This document shows positions 1 to 14,700 of a stretch of DNA of 26,908 nucleotides, one piece after another. This DNA comes from a bacterium (lineage in GTDB: Bacteria; Krumholzibacteriota; Krumholzibacteriia; LZORAL124-64-63), in the NCBI GenBank assembly GCA_031441465.1, contig JANOEP010000051.1, positions 1 to 26,908 of the forward strand. The letters are read 5' to 3'. The notes under the pieces were generated by a model, which made no database searches, was not told the origin of the DNA, and worked only from the letters and a program-made list of their open reading frames with translations. Numbering within the stretch: position 1 is the stretch's first letter; the number at the start of each line of letters is the position of its first letter. A program made the translations under genes and the position numbers.

Positions 1-1
1 C

Positions 2-517
2 GAATACTGCGCTGGTTAATTTCGCATCGGCCACGGCTTTGGGCATGCCGTAAACCACGCTGGTTGATTCATCTTGTGAGATAACCACGCCGCCGCCCTC
101 GACCACTTCGCGCGCACCGCGCGCACCATCGGCCCCCAAACCCGTAAGCACCACCGCCAATAATTTATCGTTATAAATTTTGGCAAGGCTACGAAACATG
201 GGGTCAGCCGAGGGGCGGCAGAAATTTTCGGGCGGGTTTTGGTTAAGCTTCATGCGGCATGGGCCGGCGCCACTGCGCACCGCCGACATGTGATAATCAC
301 CCGGCGCGAGATAAATAACCCCACCGCGCACCTCTTCGTCTTCCACCGCTTCGTGGCAATCCAGCCCCGAGGCTTTGCTGATATGATCGGCCAAAATAGC
401 GGTAAAATTAGGCGGCATGTGCTGCGTAATGAACATGGGAACGCGCAATTTTTTTCCCTTAAACTCACGAAAAATATGGAGCAATGCTTGTGGCCCACCC
501 GTTGAGCAGGCAATGGC
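2..517 (-). CDS. cheB: Chemotaxis methylesterase CheB, catalytic domain only (cut at ~517, runs off the window at position 1)
   Basis: My minus-strand translation: [16 protein letters not shown]...[19 protein letters not shown]...[10 protein letters not shown]...[18 protein letters not shown]...[16 protein letters not shown]...[19 protein letters not shown]. The Ser (STGG), His (QHMP) and Asp (GADG) triad motifs are intact. There is no stop in 172 codons. Absent from the ORF track. Confidence 0.95.
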
Positions 518-1404
<887 letters not shown>

Positions 1405-1408
<4 letters not shown>

Positions 1409-2301
1409 CCACGGCGCCCATCTCGCCGGCTGAGTTCGCGGCGCTGGGTCGTCTGGACCTCATCGCGCGCCTGGTCGTCGAGGGCTTCCTGGTCGGCCTG
1501 CACCGCAGCCCCTACCACGGGTTCTCGTCGGAGTTCGCCGAGTACCGCGCCTGCTTCCCCGGCGAGCCGGTCACCCACGTCGACTGGCGCGTCTACGCCA
1601 AGAGCGACCGCCTCTACCGGAAGGTCTTCAGCGAGGAGACCAACCTGCGGGCCACGCTGCTGGTCGACTGCTCGGCCAGCATGGGCTACGGCTCGGACGC
1701 GGCCCGGCCGACGAAGCTGGCCTACGCGCGGCTGCTCGCGGCCAGCTTGGCGCGCCTGCTGCTGCGCCAGAACGACGCCGTCGGCTTGGAGCTGTTCGAC
1801 AACCGCCGACTGGGGTCGGTGCCGGCCCGCGCCGTCCGCCGGCAGCTCTTCGAGATCCTCAAGCACCTGGACGACCTGCCGGCCGGCCGGGAAACCGCCC
1901 TCGGCCCCGTCCTGCACGAGGTGGCCGAGCGGCTGCCGCGGCGCGGGCTGGTGGTGCTGATCTCGGACCTGATGGACGCGACGGCGGACGTCACCGCGGG
2001 CCTGCGCCACTTCCGCCACCGCGGGCACGAAGTGATCGTCTTCCAGGTGCTGGACCCGCGCGAACTCGACCTGGACTTCAAGGGCGAGGCGCGCTTCCGG
2101 GATCTGGAGCGGCCCGAACGCACGCTGCGCCTGGAGCCGGCCCACGCCCGCGCGGCTTACCGCGAGCGGCTCGAGGCGTGGCGCGGCGAGGTGCGCCAGG
2201 CGTGCCGTCGCGAGCGCATCGACCTGGTCGAGACGACGACCGACACCCCTTTCGACCGCGCCCTGCTTGCGTACCTTTCCAAGCGGCGCCGGCTGGCCTG
2301 A
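1405..2301 (+). CDS. DUF58 / vWA-type protein of MoxR operons
   Basis: GTG at 1405 overlaps the moxR stop (GTGA). Motifs [40 protein letters not shown] (MIDAS-like), VVLISD. The ORF-track start at 484 is spurious. Confidence 0.92.
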
Positions 2302-2316
2302 TCGGAGCATGACGAC

Positions 2317-4449
2317 GTGCCGCTGACCTTCTTGAACCCGGGCCTGCTGTTCGGCGCCGCGGCCGCGGCCGTGCCGCTGCTGCTGCACCTGCTGCAGCGG
2401 CGGCGCGTGCGCGAGATCGCCTTCAGCGACCTGCGCTTCCTCGAGGAAGTGAAGGCGCGGCGCTCGCGCGCCCTCGGCGTGCGGCGCTGGCTGCTGCTGC
2501 TGCTGCGGATGCTGGCGATCCTGCTGATCGTCGCCGCGGCGGCCCGCCCGCGGCTGGGCGGCCGGGACGCCGCGACGACGGCCCCGGCGGCGCTGCTGGT
2601 GGTGCTGGACGCCAGCGCGAGCATGCGCACCGAGCAGGACCGGGGCACGCGCTTCGACGCCGCCCTCGCCGCCGCGACGGACGCCGTGACCGCGTTGCCG
2701 TCCGGGGGCGTGGTCCAGGTCGTGCTCGCGGGACCGCGCCCCCGCGCCGTGTTCAACGGCTGGACCGGCGCCGGCGCCGGGGCGGCGTCGGCCCTGCGCG
2801 CCGTCGCGCCCACCGACGGCGCCGGCGATCCCGCGGCCGCGCTCGCGGAGGCCGCGGCCTGGGTCGCCGTCTCGCCGCAGCGGCCGGTGACGGTGCTGCT
2901 GATCTCGGACCTGCAGGCCGTCGCGTGGGACGACGCCGCGCTCGCCGCCGCGGCGCGGGCCCTGGCCGAGGCGGGCGGGGCGAGGCTGGCGCTGCTGCCG
3001 GTGGGGGAACCGCAGGTCGCCGGCGGCGTCACGCGGATCCGCACGCCGTTGCGGGCGCTGCGGGCCGGCGAACCCGTGCAGGTCGAGGCCGACGTGCGCG
3101 TCGGTCATGTCGGCCAGGTGTGGCGTCTGGAACTCGACGGCCGCCTCGTGGCCGAAGCGGCGAGCGCGGCGGCGCCGGGGGAGACCGACCGTTTGACCTT
3201 CGCCTTCGCCGCGCCGGCCGCCGGGCTGCACCGCGGCCTCGTCGCCACCGCGGCCGACCGCTTCCCCGTGGACGACGCGCGCCCCTTCCTGCTCGAGGTC
3301 CGCGACCGTCTCGAGGTGCTGATCGTCCACGGCCCCGGCGCCGGGGCGGCCGGACGCGGCGGCTGGCGCTACTGGGCCAACGCCCTGGCGCCGGGAGGCG
3401 GCGAGGCCGGCGCCGACGAACTCTACAGCGTGAGCGATCGCGTCGTCGCCGACGTGGTCGACGGCGACCTGGTCGGGGCCGACGTGGTCCTGCTGGTGGA
3501 TCCGGGTCCGCTCGGTCGGCGCCTGCAGGACGCGGTCGTCGAGCGATTGGCGCGCGACGGCGGCGTGGCCCTGTTCGCGGGCGACTCGGCCGACGCCGAG
3601 GAACTGGGGCGGACGCTGCTGCCGGCGCTGGGACTGGCCGGACCCATGTCCTACCGCGCCCACGGCCCTGCCGGCGCGCAGGAGGCCGTGGTGGTCGCGC
3701 CGGCGCACCCGGTCTTCGACGGTCTGCCTGCCGAGGCGCTGACCACGCTGGCGCGCGCCACCTGGCGGCGCTACTACGCCCTGCCCGACTCGGGCTGCGA
3801 CGTGCTGCTCGCGACACGAGGCGGGGACCCGCTGCTGGCTCTGGCGCGGCGCGCGCGGGGACGGTTGCTGATCGCGCCCTTCCACACGCTGCCCGACGCC
3901 ACCGATCTGGCCCACAATCCGATGTTCCCGCCCTTGGCCCGGCGTCTGGCGGCTTATCTGGCCGGCGGCGGCCGGGGCGTCGCGGACGAGGTCGGCGCCG
4001 CGCCGGCGATCGCGCTGGCCGGCGCCGCGGACGGCGAGGACGCGAATGCCGGCGATGTGCTGGCCGGGCCGTTCCTGCTCTTCCGCACGCGGCCCGGCGT
4101 GCCCGCCGAGGTCCTGCCCGCCCGCCTCGGCTGGCGGGGCGGGCGCGCGTTCGTGGCGGGAGAACCCGTGCCGCGCCAGGGCTTCTACACCTTCGTCGCG
4201 GGGACGGACACGCTGGGCGACGCGGTCCTGGCGGCGCCGGCGGCCGAAGGCGACGCGGTGCTGTTGACCGCCGCCGAAGCCGCGGCGCGGTTGGCGGCGG
4301 CGGGGCTGCCGGACGCCGAAGTCCTCGCCACGACGCCGGACGGCGGGATCGCCGCCGGCGCGGACGGCCGCGAACTCGCGCCCTGGCTGCTGGGCCTCGC
4401 CGCGCTGATCCTGCTGGCCGAGACGAGGTTGTCCCGCCGCGCCGCTTGA
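2317..4449 (+). CDS. BatA-like N-terminal double-TM domain + vWA domain membrane protein
   Basis: N-terminus FLNPGLLFGAAAAAVPLLLHLLQRRR...FSDLRFL...LLLLLRMLAILLIVAAAARP. MIDAS LDASASM and LISD. C-terminal TM ELAPWLLGLAALILLAETRL. GGAG 9 nt upstream of GTG. Confidence 0.85.
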   Translation: MPLTFLNPGLLFGAAAAAVPLLLHLLQRRRVREIAFSDLRFLEEVKARRSRALGVRRWLLLLLRMLAILLIVAAAARPRLGGRDAATTAPAALLVVLDASASMRTEQDRGTRFDAALAAATDAVTALPSGGVVQVVLAGPRPRAVFNGWTGAGAGAASALRAVAPTDGAGDPAAALAEAAAWVAVSPQRPVTVLLISDLQAVAWDDAALAAAARALAEAGGARLALLPVGEPQVAGGVTRIRTPLRALRAGEPVQVEADVRVGHVGQVWRLELDGRLVAEAASAAAPGETDRLTFAFAAPAAGLHRGLVATAADRFPVDDARPFLLEVRDRLEVLIVHGPGAGAAGRGGWRYWANALAPGGGEAGADELYSVSDRVVADVVDGDLVGADVVLLVDPGPLGRRLQDAVVERLARDGGVALFAGDSADAEELGRTLLPALGLAGPMSYRAHGPAGAQEAVVVAPAHPVFDGLPAEALTTLARATWRRYYALPDSGCDVLLATRGGDPLLALARRARGRLLIAPFHTLPDATDLAHNPMFPPLARRLAAYLAGGGRGVADEVGAAPAIALAGAADGEDANAGDVLAGPFLLFRTRPGVPAEVLPARLGWRGGRAFVAGEPVPRQGFYTFVAGTDTLGDAVLAAPAAEGDAVLLTAAEAAARLAAAGLPDAEVLATTPDGGIAAGADGRELAPWLLGLAALILLAETRLSRRAA

Positions 4450-4493
4450 CCGGACGCCGAGCCGCCCGACGGGCCGGTGCAGCGCCCGGGCTC

Positions 4494-4521
4494 TTGATTC
4501 CAGCAGGCGATGGGTTACCCT
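4494..4521 (+). promoter_or_regulatory. Candidate sigma70 promoter for nifUS (TTGATT-N16-TACCCT)
   Basis: Partial consensus match in the intergenic gap upstream of nifU, followed by a short inverted repeat TGTC-cgaa-GACA. Confidence 0.4.
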
Positions 4522-4586
4522 TGTCCGAAGACAGGTCCGGTCCCGATTCGCGGCCCATCCGGCGCCGCCAACGCGAGGTCACCGCC

Positions 4587-5444
4587 ATGTGGGATTACTC
4601 CGAAAAAGTCCTCGACCACTTCATGAACCCCCGTAACGTGGGCGCGCTCGACGATGCCGACGGCGTGGGCGAAGTGGGGTCGATGGCGTGCGGCGACGCG
4701 CTGCGGCTGAGCTTCAAGCTCGACCCCGACGGGCGCATCGCCGACGCGCGTTTCCAGACCTTCGGCTGCGGCAGCGCGATCGCCTCGTCGTCGATGCTCA
4801 CCGAGATGCTCAAGGGCCTGACCCTCGAGCAGGCGGCGCGCATCAGCAACGAGGACATCGCCCGCGAACTCGACGGCCTGCCGCGCGAGAAGATGCACTG
4901 CTCGGTCATGGGCCGCGAGGCGCTTGAGGCGGCCATGATCGACTACTACCGCCGCCAGGGCCGCGAGGTGCCCTGCGGGCTGCTGAACCAGGACGTCGAG
5001 ATCTGCCATTGCTTCCAGGTCAGCCGCGACACGATCGTCAAGACCGTCCGCCAGTACCGCCTGCGCGAGATCGAGGACGTCACCCACTACACCAAGGCCG
5101 GCGGCGGCTGCACGTCCTGCCACCACGACATCCGCCACCTCATCGATGAGGTCTGGCAGGAGCTGGAGGCCGCTCCCGCGGGCCTGGTGCAGGTCGAGCT
5201 GCCCGCCGCCGACGAGCTGACCCGCCAGATCCGCGAGGTGCTGGAGAACGACATCGCCCGCGCCCTGCGCACCGACGGCGGCGACATCGAACTCGTCGCG
5301 ATCCGGGGCCGCCGCGTCCACGTGAAGTTGACCGGCGCCTGCGCCAGCTGCCCCTCCTCCGGAGCCACCATCAAGGGCTGGGTGGAGCAGCAGCTGCGCG
5401 AGCACGTGAGCCCGGATCTCGAAGTCGTCGAGGTGAAATCGTGA
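4587..5444 (+). CDS. nifU: Three-domain Fe-S cluster scaffold NifU (285 aa)
   Basis: MWDYSEKVLDHFMNPRNVG. IscU-like domain with CGD, FGCGSAIASSS, KMHCS. Central [2Fe-2S] CHC...AGGGCTSC. C-terminal Nfu DGGDIEL...GACASCPSS. GAGGT upstream of ATG 4587. Confidence 0.95.
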   Translation: MWDYSEKVLDHFMNPRNVGALDDADGVGEVGSMACGDALRLSFKLDPDGRIADARFQTFGCGSAIASSSMLTEMLKGLTLEQAARISNEDIARELDGLPREKMHCSVMGREALEAAMIDYYRRQGREVPCGLLNQDVEICHCFQVSRDTIVKTVRQYRLREIEDVTHYTKAGGGCTSCHHDIRHLIDEVWQELEAAPAGLVQVELPAADELTRQIREVLENDIARALRTDGGDIELVAIRGRRVHVKLTGACASCPSSGATIKGWVEQQLREHVSPDLEVVEVKS

Positions 5445-6661
5445 CGTTCAACCTGCAGGACGGCCTGCCGCCGCGCCCGCCGGACGGGGTCTACCTCGAC
5501 AACAACGCGACGACCCGCGTCGCGCCGGAAGTCGTCGAGGCCATGCTGCCCTACCTGACCGGCAACTATGGCAACCCCTCGAGCATGCACGCCTTCGGCG
5601 CCGCGGCGGGCCGCGCCGTCGACCGCGCGCGCGTCCAGACGGCCGCGCTGCTCGGGGCCGCGCTGCCGGCGGAGATCGTGTTCACGGCCGGCGGCTCCGA
5701 GAGCGACAACCTCGCGATCGTCGGGACGCTGCGCGCCCACCCCGAGAAGCGCCATCTCGTGACCACGGCCGTGGAGCATCCGGCGGTGCTCGGCCTCTGT
5801 CGCGAACTGGAGAGCCGCCAGGGCTACGCGGTCGACTACCTGCCGGTCGACGGGCGGGGCGGCCTGAACCTCGACGACTTGCGGCGCGCCCTGCGGCCCG
5901 ACACTGCGGTGGTCAGCGTCATGGCGGCCAACAACGAGACCGGGGTCGTCTTCCCGATCGAGGAGATCGGCCGGATCGTCAAGGAGCACGGCGCCGTCTT
6001 CCACGTGGACGCCGTGCAGGCGGTCGGCAAGCTGCCGCTGGACATGTCCGTCTCCACCGTCGATCTGCTCTCGCTGTCGGGGCACAAGCTCTACGCGTGC
6101 AAGGGCGTCGGCGCGCTCTACGTGCGGCGCGGCACGAAGCTGCGCCCGCTGATCGCCGGCGGGCATCAGGAGCGCGGGCGCCGCGCCGGCACCGAGAACG
6201 TGTCGGGGATCGTCGCCCTCGGCCGGGCCTGCGAGCTGGCGGCCGCCGGTCGCGAGGTCGAGGCGGGCTCCGTGCGGCGGCTGCGCGACCGCCTCGAGCG
6301 GGCCGTGCTGTCCGCCGTGCCGGACTGCCGCGTCAACGGGGATCCGGACCGCCGCCTGCCCAACACGACCAACATCAGCTTCGACTACATCGAGGGCGAG
6401 GGCATCCTGCTGCTGCTGGACCGCGCCGGGATCGCCGCCTCGAGCGGCTCGGCCTGCACCTCCGGCAGCCTCGAACCATCGCACGTCCTGAAGGCCATGG
6501 GGGTGCCCTTCATCGCCTCCCACGGCTCGATCCGCTTCTCGCTGAGCCGCTACACGACCGAGGAGGAGATCGACTACACGGCCGCCGCGATGCCGCGCAT
6601 CGTGGAGAGGCTGCGGGCGATCACCCCCTTCGGGAAGGAGCGCATGACGTTCGGGGGCTAG
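5441..6661 (+). CDS. nifS: Group I cysteine desulfurase NifS
   Basis: YLDNNATT, YGNPSSMH, HVDAVQ, SLSGHKLY (PLP lysine), SSGSACTS (catalytic Cys). GTGA overlap with nifU. Confidence 0.95.
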   Translation: MTFNLQDGLPPRPPDGVYLDNNATTRVAPEVVEAMLPYLTGNYGNPSSMHAFGAAAGRAVDRARVQTAALLGAALPAEIVFTAGGSESDNLAIVGTLRAHPEKRHLVTTAVEHPAVLGLCRELESRQGYAVDYLPVDGRGGLNLDDLRRALRPDTAVVSVMAANNETGVVFPIEEIGRIVKEHGAVFHVDAVQAVGKLPLDMSVSTVDLLSLSGHKLYACKGVGALYVRRGTKLRPLIAGGHQERGRRAGTENVSGIVALGRACELAAAGREVEAGSVRRLRDRLERAVLSAVPDCRVNGDPDRRLPNTTNISFDYIEGEGILLLLDRAGIAASSGSACTSGSLEPSHVLKAMGVPFIASHGSIRFSLSRYTTEEEIDYTAAAMPRIVERLRAITPFGKERMTFGG

Positions 6662-6685
6662 GCCGCTTCCCGCCGTCGCCGCACC

Positions 6686-10236
<3,551 letters not shown>

Positions 10237-10240
<4 letters not shown>

Positions 10241-12075
10241 CCTCGAACGCACGCAGGTTCCTCGCCGCGGCCGCCGCGACGGTGGCGCTCGCGCTGGTGC
10301 TGGGAGCCGCCGGCTGCGGCGGCAAGGCCAAGAAACCGGCGGCGGGCGCCATCAAGGAGGACGGGCGCGTCGTCGTCAGCGTCGGCGACCGCAAGGTCAC
10401 GGCCGGTTACTACCTGTCCCGCCTGCAGAAGATGGCCCAGAACGACCTGCCCCGCGACGCCCAGGGCAAGCCCGTCGACACCGCCGCCCCGGAGGGCAGG
10501 CGGGCGTTCCTGGACGTCATCATCAACAAGGAGTTGATGGTGCTGAAGGCCGGGGAACTCGGCTACGACGAGCAGGACGACGTCAAGAAGCTCGTCGAGG
10601 CGGTCACCTACTACCAGTCGACCCAGGTGATGCGCACGGACCTGATCCAAAAACCCGGCGAGGAAGTGGCCGCCGAGGAGATCGAGACCTACCACGGCCG
10701 TCGGCAGCAGGTCCGCCACTTCGAGTTCATGATCTGCAACTTCGAGTCCGACGCCGCCAAGGCCCGGCAGGCGGTGCTGGACGGCGGCCTCTGGGAGACC
10801 GTCGCCGAGGAGTACAACGACGGCTCGCGCGGCCCCACCGACGACTACCGGATGCAGCTGCAGTACGGCACGGCCGACGACCTGTTCGAGCGCCCGCTCT
10901 TCGAATTGGGGGTCGGCGAGGTCAGCCGTCCCATCGAGAGCGTGTACGGATACTGGGTCGTGCGCCTGGACAGCGTCGCGACCGTGCGGGAGCGCCCGCT
11001 GGACGACGAGTACCGTGAGCGCATCCGCGCGACCATCGCCCAGAAGCGCGCCAAGATGCGCGAGGCGGCCTTCATCAAGGAGAGCCGCGAACGCCACGAG
11101 TTCAAGTTCGACGACGCCGCGCTGTGGATCGTCTTCAACGGCATGCCCGAGGAGGAGGCCTACCTCGACCCCGCGACCGAGAAGCCGGTCGAGAAGGAGC
11201 GGCTGCAGCCCCTGGACATCCCGGCGTCGGAACTGGGACGCTTCTTCTTCAGCGTCAAGTTCGACCTGGACCAGGAGCCCGAGGTCTGGACCATCGGGGA
11301 CTACAAGGCCAAGTACGACGAGATGAGCGTCTTCCAGCGGCCGAAACGCAACACCCTGCTCGGCGGCGTGAAGAACAAGCTCTTCACCGACGTCGTCGAT
11401 CAGGGCCTCTGGGCCGCCGAGGCGCGCGAACGCGGCTACGACAAGGACCCGCGCGTGATCGCCGAGGCGAACGAGCGCAGCGAGCAGCACATGCTGTCCC
11501 TGTTCCACGACGAGGTCGTGAAGTACGACGAGCACGTGAGCATGGAAGCGATCCGCGCCCTGTACGAGGAGAACCCGCAGGTCTACCGCGCGCCCGAGGA
11601 GCGGCGCGGCCGCATCCTGATGTGCGCGGACAAGGAGTCGGCCGGCGCGGCGGCCCGCGAGCTGGCCGCCGGCCAGCCCTGGAGCAGCGTCTTCGGGGCC
11701 CGCAACCGGTCCACCGGCGGCACGCCGGAGGGGCAGATCGCGATCAACGAGTTCGCGCAGTCCACCGACCGCGACCAGCTCTTCGCTCTGACGAGGCCCG
11801 GCGAGATCAGCGGGCCCTTCCAGTCGCACGACCGCTGGTGCCTGATCATGCTCGACAACGTCGTGCCCGGACGCCAGAAGCCGATCGAAGAGGTGATCAA
11901 CGACGTCGGGGCGCGGGTCAAGCGCAAGCGCCAGGACGAGGCCCTCCAGGCGCTGCTGGCGCAGTGGCGCAACGAGTACCCGATCAAGATCAACGACCGC
12001 GTCTTGGATTCCCTGCCCTCCTGGGAGCAGCTGCAGGAAACCGCGAAGAGCCAAGCAAAACCGACCGTCATGTAG
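10237..12075 (+). CDS. Lipoprotein with two PrsA/SurA-like (chaperone + parvulin-type) modules, 612 aa
   Basis: ATG 10237 overlaps the mfd stop, with AAGGAG upstream. Signal peptide ends LGAAGC. Repeated blocks KAGELGYDEQDDV / EARERGYDKDPRV and LGVGEVSRPIESVYGYWVV / RPGEISGPFQSHDRWCLI. Confidence 0.8.
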
Positions 12076-12081
12076 CTGCGA

Positions 12082-12112
12082 GGGCGCCGGGGAGGGGCCC
12101 TCCCCGGCGCTC
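12082..12112. repeat. Perfect 13-bp inverted repeat (GCGCCGGGGAGGG-g-CCCTCCCCGGCGC) between the two PPIase genes
   Basis: Arms 12084-12096 and 12098-12110 are exact reverse complements. No U-tract follows. Confidence 0.85.
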
Positions 12113-12130
12113 CTGTGAAAGGAACCTGGC

Positions 12131-13474
12131 ATGAAGGCATCGCGGCGATGGATGACGGCGGCGTTGCTGGCGCTGGCGGCGGGTTTGGCGTCGGCGACCG
12201 GAGCCCCGGCCCTGGCCCAGGATGCCTCAGCCCCGCCGACGCCGGCCCCCGAGCTGGTCGACCGCATCATGGTGGTCGTGGACGAGGAGGCGATCCTGCA
12301 GAGCGACCTCGAGCGCGAGATCGCCCTCTACCACCTCGAGGCCCGCAACATGGGCGCCCCCGACGACAAGGACGAGGCGACGGTCCGCGCCGAGGTGCTG
12401 GACCGGCTGATCGAGAGCAAGCTCATCATCGCCGCCGCCCGCCAGGAGAAGATCGAGATCGGCGAGGAGTCCGTGGACCGGGAGGTCCAGGCGAACATCG
12501 ACCAGCTCGTGCGCTATTACGGCTCCCAGGCGCGCCTCGAGGCGGAGCTGGAGCGCAACGGCATGAACCTGGACGACTACCGCCGCCGTTCCGCCTCGCA
12601 GCTGCGCGACCAGCACTACATGCGGGCCGTGGTCAACCGCTTCATCCGGCCGGGCATCGAGGTGCGCGAGGAGGAGGTCGAGGCCTACTACGCGGCCCAC
12701 CGCGACGAGGTCCCCGCGGCGCCGGACACCCTGACCCTCTCGGACATCCTGATCGCCGTGCAGCCCTCGCCGGAGGTCCAGCGGGAACTGCAGGCCAAGC
12801 TCGGGGCCGTGATGCAGGAACTCGGGCGCGGCGACACCTTCGCCGCGGTCGCCGACCGGCACACCGAAGGCCCCGGCGCCGGCGCCGGCGGCCGCATCGG
12901 TCTGGTCGGCCCGGGCGACCTGTTCAGCCGCGCGCTCGAGGACGCCGTGTTCTCGCTGCAGGAGGGCGAGACCGGCCAGCCCGTGGTCACCGAGCGCGGC
13001 CTGCACATCATGCACGTGGACAAGGTCGGGGCGGAGGGGCGCGAGATCAGCCAGATCTTCTTCCCCATCGCGGTGACCGAGGACGACGTCGCCCGCGCGC
13101 GCGCCGAAGCCGTGGCCGCCCGCGCGCGGCTCGCGGCCGGCGAGCCCTTCGCCGCGGTGGCCGCCGAGGTCAGCGTCGACACCGGTTCCGCCCCGCGCGG
13201 CGGCGAACTCGGCACCTTCGCCCTGGACGACCTCTCGCCGACCATCCGGGAGCAGCTCGCCGACGCCGCGGCGGGCACGATCACGGAGCCCTTCCTGACC
13301 CCGGCGGGTTTCTACATCTTCCTGGTGCGCGAGCGGACCGCCGGCGCGAGCGCGGGCTTCGACGAACTGCGCGAACAGGTGCGCCAGGCCGTCGAGTCGC
13401 AGAAGCTGCAGGAGGCCCTGGCCGTCTACGTCGAGGGTCTGCGGACGCGGTTCGCGGTCGAACGCAAGGACTGA
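12131..13474 (+). CDS. surA: SurA-like periplasmic chaperone/PPIase
   Basis: Sec signal (ALA-QD), SurA_N-like VDRIMVVVDEEAILQSDL...VLDRLIESKLI, and two parvulin-like domains (FAAVADRHTEG...GGRIG; FAAVAAEVSVD...GGELG). Confidence 0.8.
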   Translation: MKASRRWMTAALLALAAGLASATGAPALAQDASAPPTPAPELVDRIMVVVDEEAILQSDLEREIALYHLEARNMGAPDDKDEATVRAEVLDRLIESKLIIAAARQEKIEIGEESVDREVQANIDQLVRYYGSQARLEAELERNGMNLDDYRRRSASQLRDQHYMRAVVNRFIRPGIEVREEEVEAYYAAHRDEVPAAPDTLTLSDILIAVQPSPEVQRELQAKLGAVMQELGRGDTFAAVADRHTEGPGAGAGGRIGLVGPGDLFSRALEDAVFSLQEGETGQPVVTERGLHIMHVDKVGAEGREISQIFFPIAVTEDDVARARAEAVAARARLAAGEPFAAVAAEVSVDTGSAPRGGELGTFALDDLSPTIREQLADAAAGTITEPFLTPAGFYIFLVRERTAGASAGFDELREQVRQAVESQKLQEALAVYVEGLRTRFAVERKD

Positions 13475-13506
13475 GAGCCGGCGCCCGCCGGGATGGAGGC
13501 CGTCGC

Positions 13507-14700
13507 TTGCTGCAGCGTTTCGCCGGTCGCGCACCCGCCGTCGGGCGTTTCCTGGACCTGGAGCGGTCCGGGACCCTGGGCCAGAGCTACCTCTTCGTCG
13601 GCCCCGACGGCAGCGGCAAGGAACTCACCGCCCTGGAGATCGCCCGGCTGATCAACTGCGCCGACCCCGACGCCTGCCGCCTCGAGGCCGCGTGCGAGAG
13701 CTGCCGCAAGGCGCTCGGCTTCCAGCACCCCGACATCCACTGGATCTGCCCTGCGCCGGCGTCCCTCAGCGACGCCGAGGTCGGCGAGCTGCTCGCGGCC
13801 AAGGCCGAGGACCCGTTCCACCGCCCGGCGTTCGCCGGTACGAGCGAGGTGCTGATCGGCGATCCGGATCGTCCGGGGCCGCTCACGATCCGCTCGGTGC
13901 TGCAGTTCCTGCGCCTGAAGCCGTTCCAGGGCCGGCACAAGGTGGCGATCGTGGCCGACGCCCACCGTCTGCGCGCGGGCGCGGCCAACGCCTTCCTCAA
14001 GACGCTGGAGGAGCCGCCGCCCGGCGCGCTGATCCTGCTGCTGTCGAGCCTGCGCGGCGCCGTGCTGCCCACGATCCTCTCACGCTGCCAGCGCGTGGCC
14101 TTCGAGCCCTACCCGCGCGAGGAACTGACGACCCTGCTGCACGACCTCTACGACCTGCCGGCGCGGGAGGCCGAGGATTACGTCCTGGCGGCGGACGGGG
14201 ACGCCCGCCGCGCGGCCCGCTCCCGCCTGACCTTGTCGCGCGCGCTGCGCGCCTGGGCCCGCGAACTCGTCGCCGGTCTGGATGCGGGGCGCCTGGGTTC
14301 GGCCCAGATCGCGGCCGAGATGCTCCACAAGGGGGTAGTGCCGGCGGAGCTGCTGGCCGAAGCCGCGGACGGGACGACCCGTCCCGGCGTCGCCAAGGAA
14401 CTGTCGGAGCGCCGGGACCGGGCGATTCAGCTTTGCGAGCAGTTGCATCTCCACTACAGTGAAATCTTGGGCTGCGTCGCCCGCGGCGACGGCTGGGAGC
14501 CGCGCCTGCCGCGCGACGCCGCCCTGATCGCGGACCTGGCGGGCCGCCGCGCGCCCGCCGGCCTGCTGCGCGACATCGACGCGGTCGAGCAGGCCCGGCG
14601 CGAGATCGACCAGAGCCTCAATCTCGGCCTGGTGATGGCCGTGTTGTTCCAGGAGCTGAGTGAACATGCCCGAATGGACCGAGCCGCCGCGCGGGTCTGA
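13507..14700 (+). CDS. holB: DNA polymerase III delta-prime subunit
   Basis: TTG 13507 follows [18 protein letters not shown], four-Cys Zn module ending [35 protein letters not shown]. Confidence 0.9.
   Translation: MLQRFAGRAPAVGRFLDLERSGTLGQSYLFVGPDGSGKELTALEIARLINCADPDACRLEAACESCRKALGFQHPDIHWICPAPASLSDAEVGELLAAKAEDPFHRPAFAGTSEVLIGDPDRPGPLTIRSVLQFLRLKPFQGRHKVAIVADAHRLRAGAANAFLKTLEEPPPGALILLLSSLRGAVLPTILSRCQRVAFEPYPREELTTLLHDLYDLPAREAEDYVLAADGDARRAARSRLTLSRALRAWARELVAGLDAGRLGSAQIAAEMLHKGVVPAELLAEAADGTTRPGVAKELSERRDRAIQLCEQLHLHYSEILGCVARGDGWEPRLPRDAALIADLAGRRAPAGLLRDIDAVEQARREIDQSLNLGLVMAVLFQELSEHARMDRAAARV

Noticed and set aside
4587..6661. Nitrogen fixation cluster
   Set aside because: No nifH/D/K/E/N/B in the window; nifUS alone does not imply diazotrophy.
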